Assembly (NCBI GenBank): GCA_963702435.1
Contig: CAVPCR010000004.1
Coordinates: 370,829-434,828 of the forward strand
Direction: 5' to 3'
Source of the DNA: Candidatus Eiseniibacteriota bacterium
Lineage (GTDB): Bacteria > Eisenbacteria > RBG-16-71-46 > CAVPCR01
Length of the DNA: 64,000 nucleotides
The translations under genes and the position numbers were made by a program. Below the pieces are notes generated by a model. It saw nothing but the letters and a program-made list of their open reading frames with translations. It searched no databases and was not told the DNA's origin. This document shows, in pieces, positions 38,693-47,404 of the stretch; within the stretch, counting starts at the first letter, position 1, and every line of letters starts with the position of its first letter.

Positions 38693-40909
38693 CTACTCGT
38701 TGAGGAGCCAGCGGATCGAGGCCGCCATCACGGCGTTCACCTCATCGGGTGGATAGAAGTAGAACGGGAAACCGTACATCATGAGCCGGCCCTGCCCCGG
38801 CCCGGAGTAACGGAGCGCGCATGCCCCGTCGTCCATGTAGGAAGCGCTGGGCGGGCCGATCTGCGCGCGGGCATTCGAAATGTAGAAGTACAGCGTGTCG
38901 AGCTGCCCGCCGAAGAGCCGGAGCCGCGGATTGATGTCGAGCCCGCAGCACACCACCATGGCCTCGCAGTCCGGGATTCCGGTCGATCCGGACCCCGGAG
39001 TTGAATACGGAGGGCGGAAGACGATGAGGTCCGGATACCCCTCCGCCGCTGCCTGCCCATGCGCGTAGGCCCCGTCCATGCCGTTCGTACGCCTGATGCG
39101 AGGGCTTCCCCCGCCACTCCGGAAGCAGCCGTTCACGCACATTGCATCCTCGAAGGCCGACTCGATCTTGAGGAAATCGTAGGCTAGGTCCCCGGGCTTG
39201 AATCCGAATGAACCCAGCCCCACGGCATCGGGTGGGGGGTAGATGCTCCGTGAGAAGGCGCCTGTTCCCATCAGCAGCACCGGCCCGCCAGACTCGAGGA
39301 AGATCCCCAGGAAGTTGTCCTCCCCCACCCGGTACATCCTGGAGAGCTGGGTGGTGCCTTCCGACCTGGTGTTCCAGATGACGAGCTTGTACCGGGCGAG
39401 AACTTCGAGCGTCACCCGACCCGAGTAGACCCAGTAGGAATACGTCGTCGAGTCGATAACGACATCGCTGCGGCTCGTGAGCTGGCCGGTGCGTGGATCC
39501 AGGGGCTCGCAGCGGTCGACACCCCAGTCCGGATGTCCGATCCGGGCCAGCGCATCGGCGATCCGCTCCTGGAGGTACTGGTCATGGCACTGATCATGCG
39601 GTTCGTCGCTGCCCACGCTGATCTCGTCAGCCGGCGGCGGCGGAATGCAGTCGGCCGGAGCACCACCGCGCACATCGGGACCGAAGTCGTCGATGTAGAG
39701 GACGTCCCGCTCTCGGCTCAGCGGCACCACGACGAGATTGAGATCGGCGATGACCGTGGTCCCGACGTCATCCCGAACCCGCACGTACAGAATGTGCTCT
39801 TCGGTACGCCCGCCCGGAGGCAGCTCGAAGCGGAGGACGGCGCGCGTGAGCGTGGCGTTTTCCGGCGTCCAGCCGGGGCCGTCAGCGAACGGGTCGAGAA
39901 GATCGAGGCCGTACGAGTATCCTGTGATGCGGCCGCCATAGCGGGAGGCATCCCCACCCCAGGTGAAGGTCACACTCGAGCCGGCCGGAATCTGAAAGGT
40001 CTTCTTCCGCTCGTCCGCCGTCGGGTAGCAGGTGGTCTTGACCGAGCTCGAGACGCAGAGATCGGGCAGGCCGCCCGCTTCGCGCGCCCGGATGCGAAGC
40101 GTATTGATCGGCCCCGGCGACCCCGCGGTGCGGAGTCGGGGCTCCACCGCTCCGGCCTGGTCGAGCGCCCGCACTCCAAAGACGTAGTCCAAAGGCACGC
40201 CGAGCGGCCCGATGGGAACGGATGTGCGGGCTTCGAATGGGCTCCACGGATCTCCGCGGGAGTCCGGGTCGTAGAGAGCCGCCTCGACCTGCTCGGGAGT
40301 CAGGAACACGACGTCATCGACCGCGACGATACGATAGGAGTAGGCCACGGGGTTCTCTGTGCCGTCGAGGTCGGTACCTTCCCAGCTCACCGTGAACCTG
40401 GGGCCGAGCGCGGCGATGACCGAAGTCGAGGGGATCAGGATCCCAGTCTCGGGGGCGATGGTCTCCGCGGTGAAGGAGATGGACACCGGCGCGGACATGT
40501 CCTCGTCGTCATCGATGGCCCTCAGAAAGAGAGTGTGCGCACCGCGGTAGCGATAGCGCTCGATGGGCACGGTGGAGACACCGACATAGATGGAGTCGAC
40601 CCCGGTCGAGTCGCCGGCCGCGAACAGGAGCGTGATCTCGTAGGCGGTGGTCGCAATCCAGGCGTCCGGACCCAGGGTGTCGTCAATCGCATACTCGAAG
40701 CGTTCGACCCTTCCGTCCGTGTCGGTGGCGTTCCAGTTGAACGTCATGATGAAGACGCTGACCGAATCGCGAATCGGCCCGGCCGAAATGGCGACCGTGG
40801 GTCGCTGATTCGGTATGAGGAAACCCGACGGTGACTCGGCGCAGGAGCCGATGAGCCAGGCGGCAAGGATCGCCGCGACGAGCCCGAGGAGCGGGACATG
40901 CAGGCGCAT
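38693..40909 (-). CDS. Large lipoprotein of unknown function (739 aa)
   Basis: ORF 38693-41617; I prefer the ATG at 40909 (MRLHVPLLGLVAAILAAWLIGSC lipobox). Three Ig-like units carry recurring (F/Y)(E/S)Y.(I/L)D motifs, followed by an about 330-aa C-terminal domain. Confidence 0.7.
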   Translation of the reverse strand: MRLHVPLLGLVAAILAAWLIGSCAESPSGFLIPNQRPTVAISAGPIRDSVSVFIMTFNWNATDTDGRVERFEYAIDDTLGPDAWIATTAYEITLLFAAGDSTGVDSIYVGVSTVPIERYRYRGAHTLFLRAIDDDEDMSAPVSISFTAETIAPETGILIPSTSVIAALGPRFTVSWEGTDLDGTENPVAYSYRIVAVDDVVFLTPEQVEAALYDPDSRGDPWSPFEARTSVPIGPLGVPLDYVFGVRALDQAGAVEPRLRTAGSPGPINTLRIRAREAGGLPDLCVSSSVKTTCYPTADERKKTFQIPAGSSVTFTWGGDASRYGGRITGYSYGLDLLDPFADGPGWTPENATLTRAVLRFELPPGGRTEEHILYVRVRDDVGTTVIADLNLVVVPLSRERDVLYIDDFGPDVRGGAPADCIPPPPADEISVGSDEPHDQCHDQYLQERIADALARIGHPDWGVDRCEPLDPRTGQLTSRSDVVIDSTTYSYWVYSGRVTLEVLARYKLVIWNTRSEGTTQLSRMYRVGEDNFLGIFLESGGPVLLMGTGAFSRSIYPPPDAVGLGSFGFKPGDLAYDFLKIESAFEDAMCVNGCFRSGGGSPRIRRTNGMDGAYAHGQAAAEGYPDLIVFRPPYSTPGSGSTGIPDCEAMVVCCGLDINPRLRLFGGQLDTLYFYISNARAQIGPPSASYMDDGACALRYSGPGQGRLMMYGFPFYFYPPDEVNAVMAASIRWLLNE

Positions 40910-41058
40910 CTTGCTCTTCCTCGGGGGATTCCACCAACCACCAAAGAGACCAAGGACCCGGTGAGCAAGGCCGGTCGCTGTCCGGGATCGGTAACCGCGT
41001 GGTGGATTGTCAGCGTGCCGGTCAGCGTGCCGGCGTGGGCGACTCGGCCCCTCCGCGC

Positions 41059-41178
41059 GGATCGAGCCACCGAGAATCGAGCCGCTGAGATCCGAGCTAT
41101 CGAGATCCGAGCCGCCGAGATCCGAGCCGCCGAGATCCGAGCTATCGAGATCCGAGCCGCCGAGATCCGAGCCGCGGT
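41059..41178. repeat. 15-bp tandem repeat x 8 (GATCCGAGCCGCCGA consensus)
   Basis: Read directly: two degenerate units, then GATCCGAGC(TAT/CGC)CGA units in phase. It lies 150-270 bp upstream of the 40909 start codon. Confidence 0.9.
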
Positions 41179-41538
41179 CCTGGTCGATCGCCGACAACCT
41201 GATCCGAGTGCTCGATCCCGCAACCGGCATGGTGTTGTCGGCCGAGCGCGCGTCGAATCCGGTTCGCCCTCGTCGAGAGGGCAGCCCCCGGCCAGCGACG
41301 CTCCCCGCTACCACCCTTTGTCCAGTCCGGCCCGGCAACCCGGGACATCCGGCCGTGACCGGCCATGAAGGTCGTAACGGAACGAACTCCTGGGTTTCGG
41401 ACCGGGGGGCGCGGTGCTGGTGGCCGTCGCTGGCCCTTACCACGCGGCAACCGTGTCGTTGCGGTGAACGCCTGTGATGGACCGCGGGCTCCTGCATTGA
41501 TACTGATTGGACTACAGCGCCGATGCGGGCGGTGACCG

Positions 41539-41585
41539 CAAGGGATAGGAGTTTCCATTCGTCGCTGCGCCGGGCGGGGGCTTCG
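41539..41585 (-). repeat. Terminal fragment (copy E) of the GACGAAAGGAAATTCCTATCCCT repeat unit
   Basis: The reverse complement reads CCCGGCGCAGCGACGAATGGAAACTCCTATCCCTTG, close to copy C (CCCGGCGCCGCGACGAAAGGAAATTCCTATCCCT). Confidence 0.7.
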
Positions 41586-41669
41586 CCTGAGAAGTGCGCG
41601 GATGGAGAGCGCCACAACCCCGCATGCGCCGCCTGATGGGCGACCGTGCCACCGGCCCAGCGACCGGCT

Positions 41670-41890
41670 CTTTCGGCGATGAGGCTTCGGTGCTGCAGCC
41701 CGTCGCCGATATCTACATCCGCCTGATGCAGATGCCGGTGCTGCCCTATCTCGTGCTGGCCTGATCATCGGGTTCGGCCAGCTCGAGGCGGAGCAGGCAC
41801 GGCGGTTCGCGAAGCGCGCACCAGCGCTCCTGCTCCTGACCTTGGGGCTGACCTTCGCAGTCATCGTTGCCATGCCTGTGTTGAAGGCCG
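41670..41890 (+). pseudogene. Fragment of a dicarboxylate/amino-acid:cation symporter (DAACS) gene
   Basis: ...VLQPVADIYIRLMQMPVLPYLVLA(stop/shift)LIIGFGQL... resembles the conserved TM2-3 region of GltP-type carriers. It is interrupted and lacks both ends. Confidence 0.35.
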
Positions 41891-41984
41891 GGGTCATGGC
41901 AGCCGGCGGGCTGTAGGGAGGCAAGGCGAGCTCCCGAGGCCTCGTGCCTGAGGAGCTGGGCGACAACTGCAGCTGAGTTGGGAG

Positions 41985-42315
41985 GTTTCATCGAGCCGCA
42001 CGGCGTTGTGGACATGGAAGCCGGAGTAGGGCCAGGCGGGCATGGAGGCGGCCACGTCGTCGCTGAACAGTCCGCGCTGGACGAAGGCGCGGAGCACGGC
42101 CCGGCGGAAGGCCTCGGTCAGCACCGCGAGCGCGTGGGTGCCGAGCGGCACAAAGGTGCCGTCGAGGCGAAAGGCGCCGTCGGTAGCGAGCACGAGCAGG
42201 CGGGGGTGCCAGTTGGTGAGCGTGCCATGGGTCTGGATCGAGGAGATGACGCCGGGGACGGCGCCGTCCGCACCGAGAGTGGCCCGCCCGCTGGTGCCGA
42301 TAGCGGGATAGAATG
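41985..42315 (-). pseudogene. IS91-family (HUH/Y2) transposase internal fragment, diverged copy
   Basis: ...GVISSIQTHGTLTNWHPRLLVLATDGAFRLDGTFVPLGTHALAVLTEAFRRAVLRAFVQRGLF... is colinear with the copies at 48049 and 56318. The HUH motif is degraded (HPRLLV versus HPHLHV). Confidence 0.7.
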
Positions 42316-42530
42316 CCGCTCAGGCCCAAGGTGCGCTATCGGACCCCGTGTCGCGAGTGAAAATCGCGTAACCTCCTGGAGAGGCGCCCTGCGGTGAGAA
42401 ACCGCCGTCGCTCATGCCAGTGGTCTATCCCGGCTGAGGCGCCAGGTTGCTGTGACACGCGGCTGCCGCGGAGCCCGGTGCGGGAGCGGGGCGAACGGAG
42501 CGCGAGGTTCTGAGAGGGAGAGCGGAAAGG

Positions 42531-43385
42531 GTGATCGAGATCATGTCGCCGCGGGATGCGATCCAGTCCGAGTTCGCGCTCGGCGCGGCGGAGTCCGATC
42601 CGGGGCCGCCGCCGGCCTGGATCACCGAGCCCGCGAACGAGGAGGCGATCGCGAGCGCGCTCGCCGAGCTCGATCCTGAGCAGCAGGCGGCGGTCACGCA
42701 CGGCGAAGGGCCGCTCCTCATTGTCGCCGGCGCCGGCACCGGGAAGACGCGCGTCATTGCGCATCGCATCGCCTATCTCATCGCCGCCAGGAAGGCCGAG
42801 CCGTCCGAGATCCTCGCGCTCACCTTCACCGAGCGCGCCGCGGCGGAGATGGAGGCGCGGGTCGATCTCCTCGTCCCCTATGGCTACACGGACATGTGGA
42901 TCTCGACCTTCCATGCCTTCGGCGACCGTATCTACCGCGAGTACGCGCTCGAGATGGGGCTCTCCGATGCGGCGGTCGTCCTGAACGAGGCGGAGCGGCT
43001 CGTCTTCTTCCGCGAGCGGCTCTTCCGCCTCCCGCTCCGGCGCTTGCTGCCGCTCGGAAACCCGGTGCGCCACCTGGCGGCGCTCCTGCGCGTCGTCGCG
43101 CGGGCGAAGGACGAGGGGGTGACGCCCGAACGCTACGTCGAGCACGCGCGCATCGAGCTCGATGCAGCGGCGGCGGAGGCGGCGGCCGCCGCCGATGATC
43201 TCGACGCCGGCGCCCGCCTCGCCGCGGCGCGCCGACAGCTCGAGATCGCCGAGACCTACCGGGCCATGGACGAGGAGCTGCACGCGGCCGATCGCATCGA
43301 CTTCGGCGATCAGCTCCTCCTCACGCTCCGCCTCCTCCGCGAGCAGGAGCACGTCCTCGCCCAGGTGCGCCGCCGCTTCCGCTAA
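42531..43385 (+). pseudogene. UvrD/PcrA-like helicase, N-terminal 284 aa only
   Basis: Walker A LLIVAGAGTGKT and motif Ia ILALTFTERAA are present. The ORF stops right after ...VRRRFR, where helicases continue with the DExx box. Repeat copy C follows. Confidence 0.8.
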
Positions 43386-43436
43386 TCGCGGTCGCCGATC
43401 GCGTGCACGCCTTCGTCGATCACCTCGAGCTCCTGG

Positions 43437-43675
43437 TGGATGCCGATCATCCTCGGCAGCGCGAGGGGAGAGGTGCGCCCAGCGGGGACCGGGGGTCGGT
43501 CCGCGGGACCGCCTCGCCGCGCGGCGGCCGTGGCCACCCCGCGCCAACACCACACGCTGACGCGCGGCCGCCGCTCACGCCACCGATTAGATGCGCCGCC
43601 GCCGCCGGTCACGCCGCTTCGCCCCCCGTTCCCCGCCTCCTCCCGGCGCCGCGACGAAAGGAAATTCCTATCCCT
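43437..43675 (+). repeat. Repeat unit copy C (about 240 bp, no adjacent transposase)
   Basis: It shares with copies A, B and B' the hairpin TGCCGA-TCATCC-TCGGCA, GAGGGGAGAGGTGCGCCCAGC, the hairpin GGACCG-GGGGT-CGGTCC, GCGGCGGCCG.GGCCACCCCGCG, and the terminus GACGAAAGGAAATTCCTATCCCT. Confidence 0.85.
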
Positions 43676-43686
43676 ATCCCTTCGAC

Positions 43687-44925
43687 TCACAGCACTCTCC
43701 ACCAGGGTACGGCCAGCACGTCGGGAGCCAGCCACTCGATCGTCCTTCCCGTGTGCAGCACGAGCCCAGCGCGCGCCTTCTTGCCGTACTCTGCACGGAA
43801 GGTTCGCACATGGGCCGCGTCGCCGAGCCGGGGCCGGCCTGTCGCCTTGACCTCGACAGGCAACAAGCGCCCGCCCGCCTCGATCACGAAGTCCACCTCC
43901 TCGCCGACGCTCGTTCGCCAGTAGAAGACATCGGCTCGCTCCAGGCGCGCGTCCCGCCACGCCAGAAGATCGTGAAGGACGATGTTCTCGAGATGGGGGC
44001 CGCCGGGCTCGGCGCCCCCCCCGAGATGCAGCGCCACTCCCGTGTCACCCCAGTAGAGCTTCGGAGACTTGATGAGCCGCTTGGTGCGATTCACCGCGTA
44101 CGCGGGCACCCGCACCAGCAGGTAAGAAGTCTCGAGGAGATTCAAGTAGCGGTGCACGGTCGGCTGGGGCAGCGCGACATCTCGGCCTAGTTCCGTCTGG
44201 TTGACGAGCTGGCCCAGCCGCTGGCCGGCCGCGCGCATGAGGCGGCGGAAGTCCGGCAGTGCCGCGACCGCGGAGAGATCCGGCAAGTCGCGCTCGAGGT
44301 AGGTGCGAACGTAGCCGTCGAACCACACCGCCCGCTGCCGGTCCGTCTTCAGGTGAACGGCCGGCGTCGGAAAGCCGCCGCGGCGCGCCAGGGCACGCCA
44401 GTCCTCCGGCTCGTCGGGCTCTGCCGACATGAGGTCGAGCCATTGCTCGTCACGGGCGGCAAGCAACTCGTCCCAGAGCCCGCAGCGGCCGAGCCCGCGC
44501 TGCTCCCGGCGCGTCATCGGCCACAGGGTGAGATAGCTCGCTCGACCGGCCAGCGACTCGGAAACCCGGCGCATCAGGAGTAGATTGGCCGACCCGGTGA
44601 GCAGAAAATGCCCCGGCCGCCGGCGGCGGTCGATCGCCCGCTTGACGGCGCGCAAGAGATCCGGCTCGCGTTGCACCTCGTCGAGCGTGACCGGCTGCGG
44701 ACCGCCGAGAAGCACCTCGGGATCGCGCCGTGCCGCATCGACCGTATCCAGATCGTCGAGGGAAAGGTAACGCCTCCCCGCCGGGGCGAGATCCTGCACC
44801 AAGGTGCTCTTCCCGGTCTGGCGGGCGCCGGTCACTACGACAGCGGGCATGGTGCTGAGGCATTCGTCGAGACTGCGGCCGACAAGCCGCGGAAGGGTGG
44901 CATCCATGCCGCGAATGATAATCAT
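43687..44925 (-). CDS. AAA-type ATPase with DUF4143 C-terminal domain
   Basis: Walker A VVTGARQTGKST and Walker B-like VTLDEVQ. The overall layout matches the widespread ATPase-DUF4143 family. The ORF is intact (412 aa). Confidence 0.85.
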   Translation of the reverse strand: MIIIRGMDATLPRLVGRSLDECLSTMPAVVVTGARQTGKSTLVQDLAPAGRRYLSLDDLDTVDAARRDPEVLLGGPQPVTLDEVQREPDLLRAVKRAIDRRRRPGHFLLTGSANLLLMRRVSESLAGRASYLTLWPMTRREQRGLGRCGLWDELLAARDEQWLDLMSAEPDEPEDWRALARRGGFPTPAVHLKTDRQRAVWFDGYVRTYLERDLPDLSAVAALPDFRRLMRAAGQRLGQLVNQTELGRDVALPQPTVHRYLNLLETSYLLVRVPAYAVNRTKRLIKSPKLYWGDTGVALHLGGGAEPGGPHLENIVLHDLLAWRDARLERADVFYWRTSVGEEVDFVIEAGGRLLPVEVKATGRPRLGDAAHVRTFRAEYGKKARAGLVLHTGRTIEWLAPDVLAVPWWRVL

Positions 44926-45084
44926 TCACGCTGTGAATAGACAAGGGCCAAGCGGGATCCCGGGCGGGCGGCGTCCGCGGCCGGCCCGCGGGAGCCACGG
45001 GCCGGGGGCTCGCTCCTTCTGTGTCGCCCAGCCATTCCTTCCGCACCGCGGCCTGGATCCCGGCGTGGGCGTCGGAGATGCACA

Positions 45085-45182
45085 AGGGATAGGAATCTCC
45101 TTTCGTCAATAGCCCGGGAGGAGGAGGAGAACGGGGAGCCAAGCCGCGCGCGCGACCGACCGGGAGGCGTCCGCGGCGTGGC
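45085..45182 (-). repeat. Repeat unit copy D (terminal about 98 bp, inverted relative to C)
   Basis: The reverse complement reads ...GCCACGCCGCGGACGCCTCCCGGTCGGTCGCGCGCGCGGCTTGGCTCCCCGTTCTCCTCCTCCTCCCGGGCTATTGACGAAAGGAGATTCCTATCCCTTG, nearly identical to the end of copies A and B'. Confidence 0.85.
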
Positions 45183-45185
45183 GGC

Positions 45186-45471
45186 GGCAGCTCGCTCTCG
45201 CGGTCCTCTGTCTCCGGTCGCGTGCAGAGCGCCGTGACGAAGCGGCTGCCGAACTCGCGCCAATGGCTGAACACCGGCGGAAGGACACCTGCCCCACCTC
45301 GGCGGCTCCGAGCCGGAGGAGGCCATGCCCGGCTCCGCGATGGAACGCCCGTCGGATTCGTTCGCCGAGCACCGGGCCGAGCAAGGGGGCATCGTCCTGC
45401 GGCACGATCACCAGGCGACCGTGGGGCGTGAGAGAAGGGGTCAGTCCAAGCTCGGTCGAGGTGGACGTCAT
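45186..45471 (-). pseudogene. N-terminal fragment of an SNF2-family helicase (SNF2-associated N-domain), frameshifted
   Basis: MTSTSTELGLTPSLTPHGRLVIVPQDDAPLLGPVLGERIRRAFHRGAGHGLLRLGAAEVGQV, then in another frame FSHWREFGSRFVTALCTRPE. This matches my recollection of the conserved N-terminus of bacterial SNF2/HepA-like helicases. It ends at repeat copy D. Confidence 0.5.
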
Positions 45472-45788
45472 CTCTGCGCGCCCTTGCCGAGGTGGCGCAT
45501 GAGATCGTCGATGAACCACGAGGGGGGAGGTGCTCCGGCAGACCGGTACTCGACAGGGACGACGACGTAGAAGCCGCGCTTCGGGACGACCAGGCGGCCC
45601 TTGCCGGCGAGCCGCATCACTGCCTTCTTGAGCATCACGGCGCTCGTCCCGAGCGCGGCCAGCGCCTCGGTGCGATCGAAGGTGTACCGACCTGCGCCCT
45701 GCAGGTCGTTCACAAGATCGGCCAGCGCTCGGTGTCTTGGTTCGTTGTCAGCCACGTCAGCTCCCCCAGGGACCATTGTCGGATGCAC
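45468..45788 (-). pseudogene. AbiEi-like wHTH protein, truncated after about 100 aa
   Basis: ...YTFDRTEALAALGTSAVMLKKAVMRLAGKGRLVVPKRGFYVVVPVEYRSAGAPPPSWFIDDLMRHLG... matches the N-terminal part of AbiEi-family antitoxins, which normally continue for 100 or more further aa. Confidence 0.5.
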
Positions 45789-46578
45789 AAAGCACCTCGG
45801 AGAGGGCCTTTTTGCAATCGTTATCGCGATTCAGCCTTGACCTGCCGGCGGGCGAAATGCGGTGGCTGCGCGGTTGCGCGCCGAGGTCCAAGGGGCTCAA
45901 GCGCCCTGAGTTCGGCGTTCGGCGGCGAGGTTGCCCTTCAAGCGACGGCCGCCTCTCCCACCGGGAGCCGTCAACCCGGCGTCACAAGGAGGTCTCAGTT
46001 CATCGCGTGATTCGAACCTGCAACCGGTGCCGTCGCTTTGGGCAGCAAGCTCAGGGCGGGCACGAAGCCGCAGGTACCTCATGGCCCGAATCGCCGCCGG
46101 TTCGGTGAGGAAGTCCATGTGTGCTCCTCTCTGGCTGAAGAAGCAGGTGGGGACTGGCTCCGGCGGCTGGAACGGGAGAGGCGTCATAGGCCCTGCCGAA
46201 GCTAGTGACCACGACGCCTTTCGCGATGCAGCCGGGACGCCGTCTGGCGGCAGCGCTTCTTCTTTGGCCGTCGTGTCTACCGCTGACGCTGCTGTACGGC
46301 TCCCGTACCCGCCCCGCCTCGCAGACCGGCACATATGGCTCCCCATCTTGGACGGTGTGCGAACGATTCTCGTTCTTCGAGTCCCCCGGGTCATCCGGCC
46401 GGACCATCCGCCTCCCCCCGCGGCCGAGGGCCCCATCCATCCCGAGGCGACCAGGGAGATGGCATGGAGCAGGGCCGATCGGACGTGCTGCGTCCAGCTT
46501 CTCGGCAGCGCGACGCGGTGCGAGACGTGAGAGGACGTCATCCTGCGCTCCCGGTAACTCCGCTGCCGCTCTTCGCAG

Positions 46579-46607
46579 TGGACCCGCCGCCCGTGCCAAG
46601 GTAGAAT
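46579..46607 (+). promoter_or_regulatory. Possible sigma70-like promoter for the nucleotidyltransferase pair
   Basis: TAGAAT at 46602-46607 with TGGACC 17 bp upstream. The ATG at 46617 is only 10 nt downstream, which implies a leaderless or near-leaderless mRNA. Confidence 0.25.
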
Positions 46608-46616
46608 CGGTTCCGC

Positions 46617-47093
46617 ATGGACTTCGGTGAAGCCAAACGAATCCTGGCCGCCTTCGAGCGAGAGGGAGTCCGTTACGTGCTCGTGGGCTCGATGGCCATG
46701 GCCGCGCAGGGGCTCATCCGAGCCACGCGGGACATGGACTTGTTCGTGGCTGCCGACCCGGAGAACATCGCCCGTCTCCGCTGTGCGCTCAAGACGCTCT
46801 TCCCTGAGGATCCCAATGTGGACCTGATCACGGCAGAGGACCTCGGGGGAAGCTATCCCGCGATCGAGTACACACCACCTCATGGCCTCTACTCGCTCGA
46901 CATCCTGACCCGGCTTGGCGAGGCGTTCCGGTTCGAGGACTTGGAGGCGGAGGCGATCGTCGTGGAGGGCATCACGATCCGGGTTGCCACGCCGCGCACG
47001 CTTTACCGCATGAAGAGGGGGACGGCCCGGCCGCAGGACCGCATTGACGCCGCCGCTATCCGTGAACGATTCGATCTCCCGGAGGATGCCTGA
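46617..47093 (+). CDS. Nucleotidyltransferase-fold protein (MNT/DUF6036-like)
   Basis: ...VRYVLVGSMAMAAQGLIRATRDMDLFV... fits the G[SG]-x(9-13)-DxD minimal NTase motif. 158 aa, intact. Confidence 0.7.
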   Translation: MDFGEAKRILAAFEREGVRYVLVGSMAMAAQGLIRATRDMDLFVAADPENIARLRCALKTLFPEDPNVDLITAEDLGGSYPAIEYTPPHGLYSLDILTRLGEAFRFEDLEAEAIVVEGITIRVATPRTLYRMKRGTARPQDRIDAAAIRERFDLPEDA

Positions 47094-47404
47094 TGGGAGT
47101 GCGGCGATACCGATCCGTGGAGGACATGCCCGCGGGCTCTCCCCGCCGCCCGCTGGATCCCGAGAACCTGGTGATTGCTTTCGGGCTCATGGATCTCGCG
47201 CACCGCATCGCCGCATTGTCATTCCCGCCCGGCATCAAGAAGTACCGCTCCCATGACGAAATGCTGCGCGCGCGCGAACGGTGGGCGGCGGCCGGGACCC
47301 ACGGGTCACGCGACGGAGACGATTGCGGACTTCAAGGCCGCGGGGATCCGCACCTACATCCCCGAACCCAAAACCCCCGGGGGCCGTCGCCGCTGGAAGG
47401 GTAA
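47093..47404 (+). CDS. Small partner ORF of the NTase (C-terminus probably altered)
   Basis: The ATG overlaps the NTase stop (TGATG). RRYRSVEDMP...PPGIKKYRSHDEMLRARERW resembles small proteins I recall next to such NTases. The last about 35 aa run into a transposase remnant. Confidence 0.45.
   Translation: MGVRRYRSVEDMPAGSPRRPLDPENLVIAFGLMDLAHRIAALSFPPGIKKYRSHDEMLRARERWAAAGTHGSRDGDDCGLQGRGDPHLHPRTQNPRGPSPLEG

Noticed and set aside
41059-41178. 15-bp tandem repeat considered as a CRISPR array.
   Set aside because: The units are contiguous with no spacers and are only 15 bp long. No cas genes are present in the window.
40744-41223. 159-aa ORF translating the minisatellite as (ISAAR)n, and the plus-strand ORFs 40898-41368 and 41007-41477.
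   Set aside because: The products are pure low-complexity translations of the DNA repeat. There is no start context or domain, and the repeat is better explained as non-coding.
43383-43436. 54-bp spacer between the truncated helicase and repeat copy C, considered as a transposase 3' remnant.
   Set aside because: It shows no similarity to the sequence preceding the tail in copies A or B. Its origin is undetermined.
45990-46045. GGTTCGAAT (T-loop-like) motif on the minus strand, considered as a tRNA or tmRNA integration target.
   Set aside because: The flanking bases pair at only 3 of 5 T-stem positions. I could not fold an acceptor or anticodon arm. It is at best a degraded fragment.
45897-46883. 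328-aa minus-strand ORF and the overlapping ORFs 45931-46530 (+) and 46051-46599 (-).
   Set aside because: The products are low-complexity, and the first overlaps the well-supported NTase gene. Only a short stretch (…RSWTQHVRSALLHAISLVASGW…) faintly resembles a transposase N-terminus, which is too weak to call.
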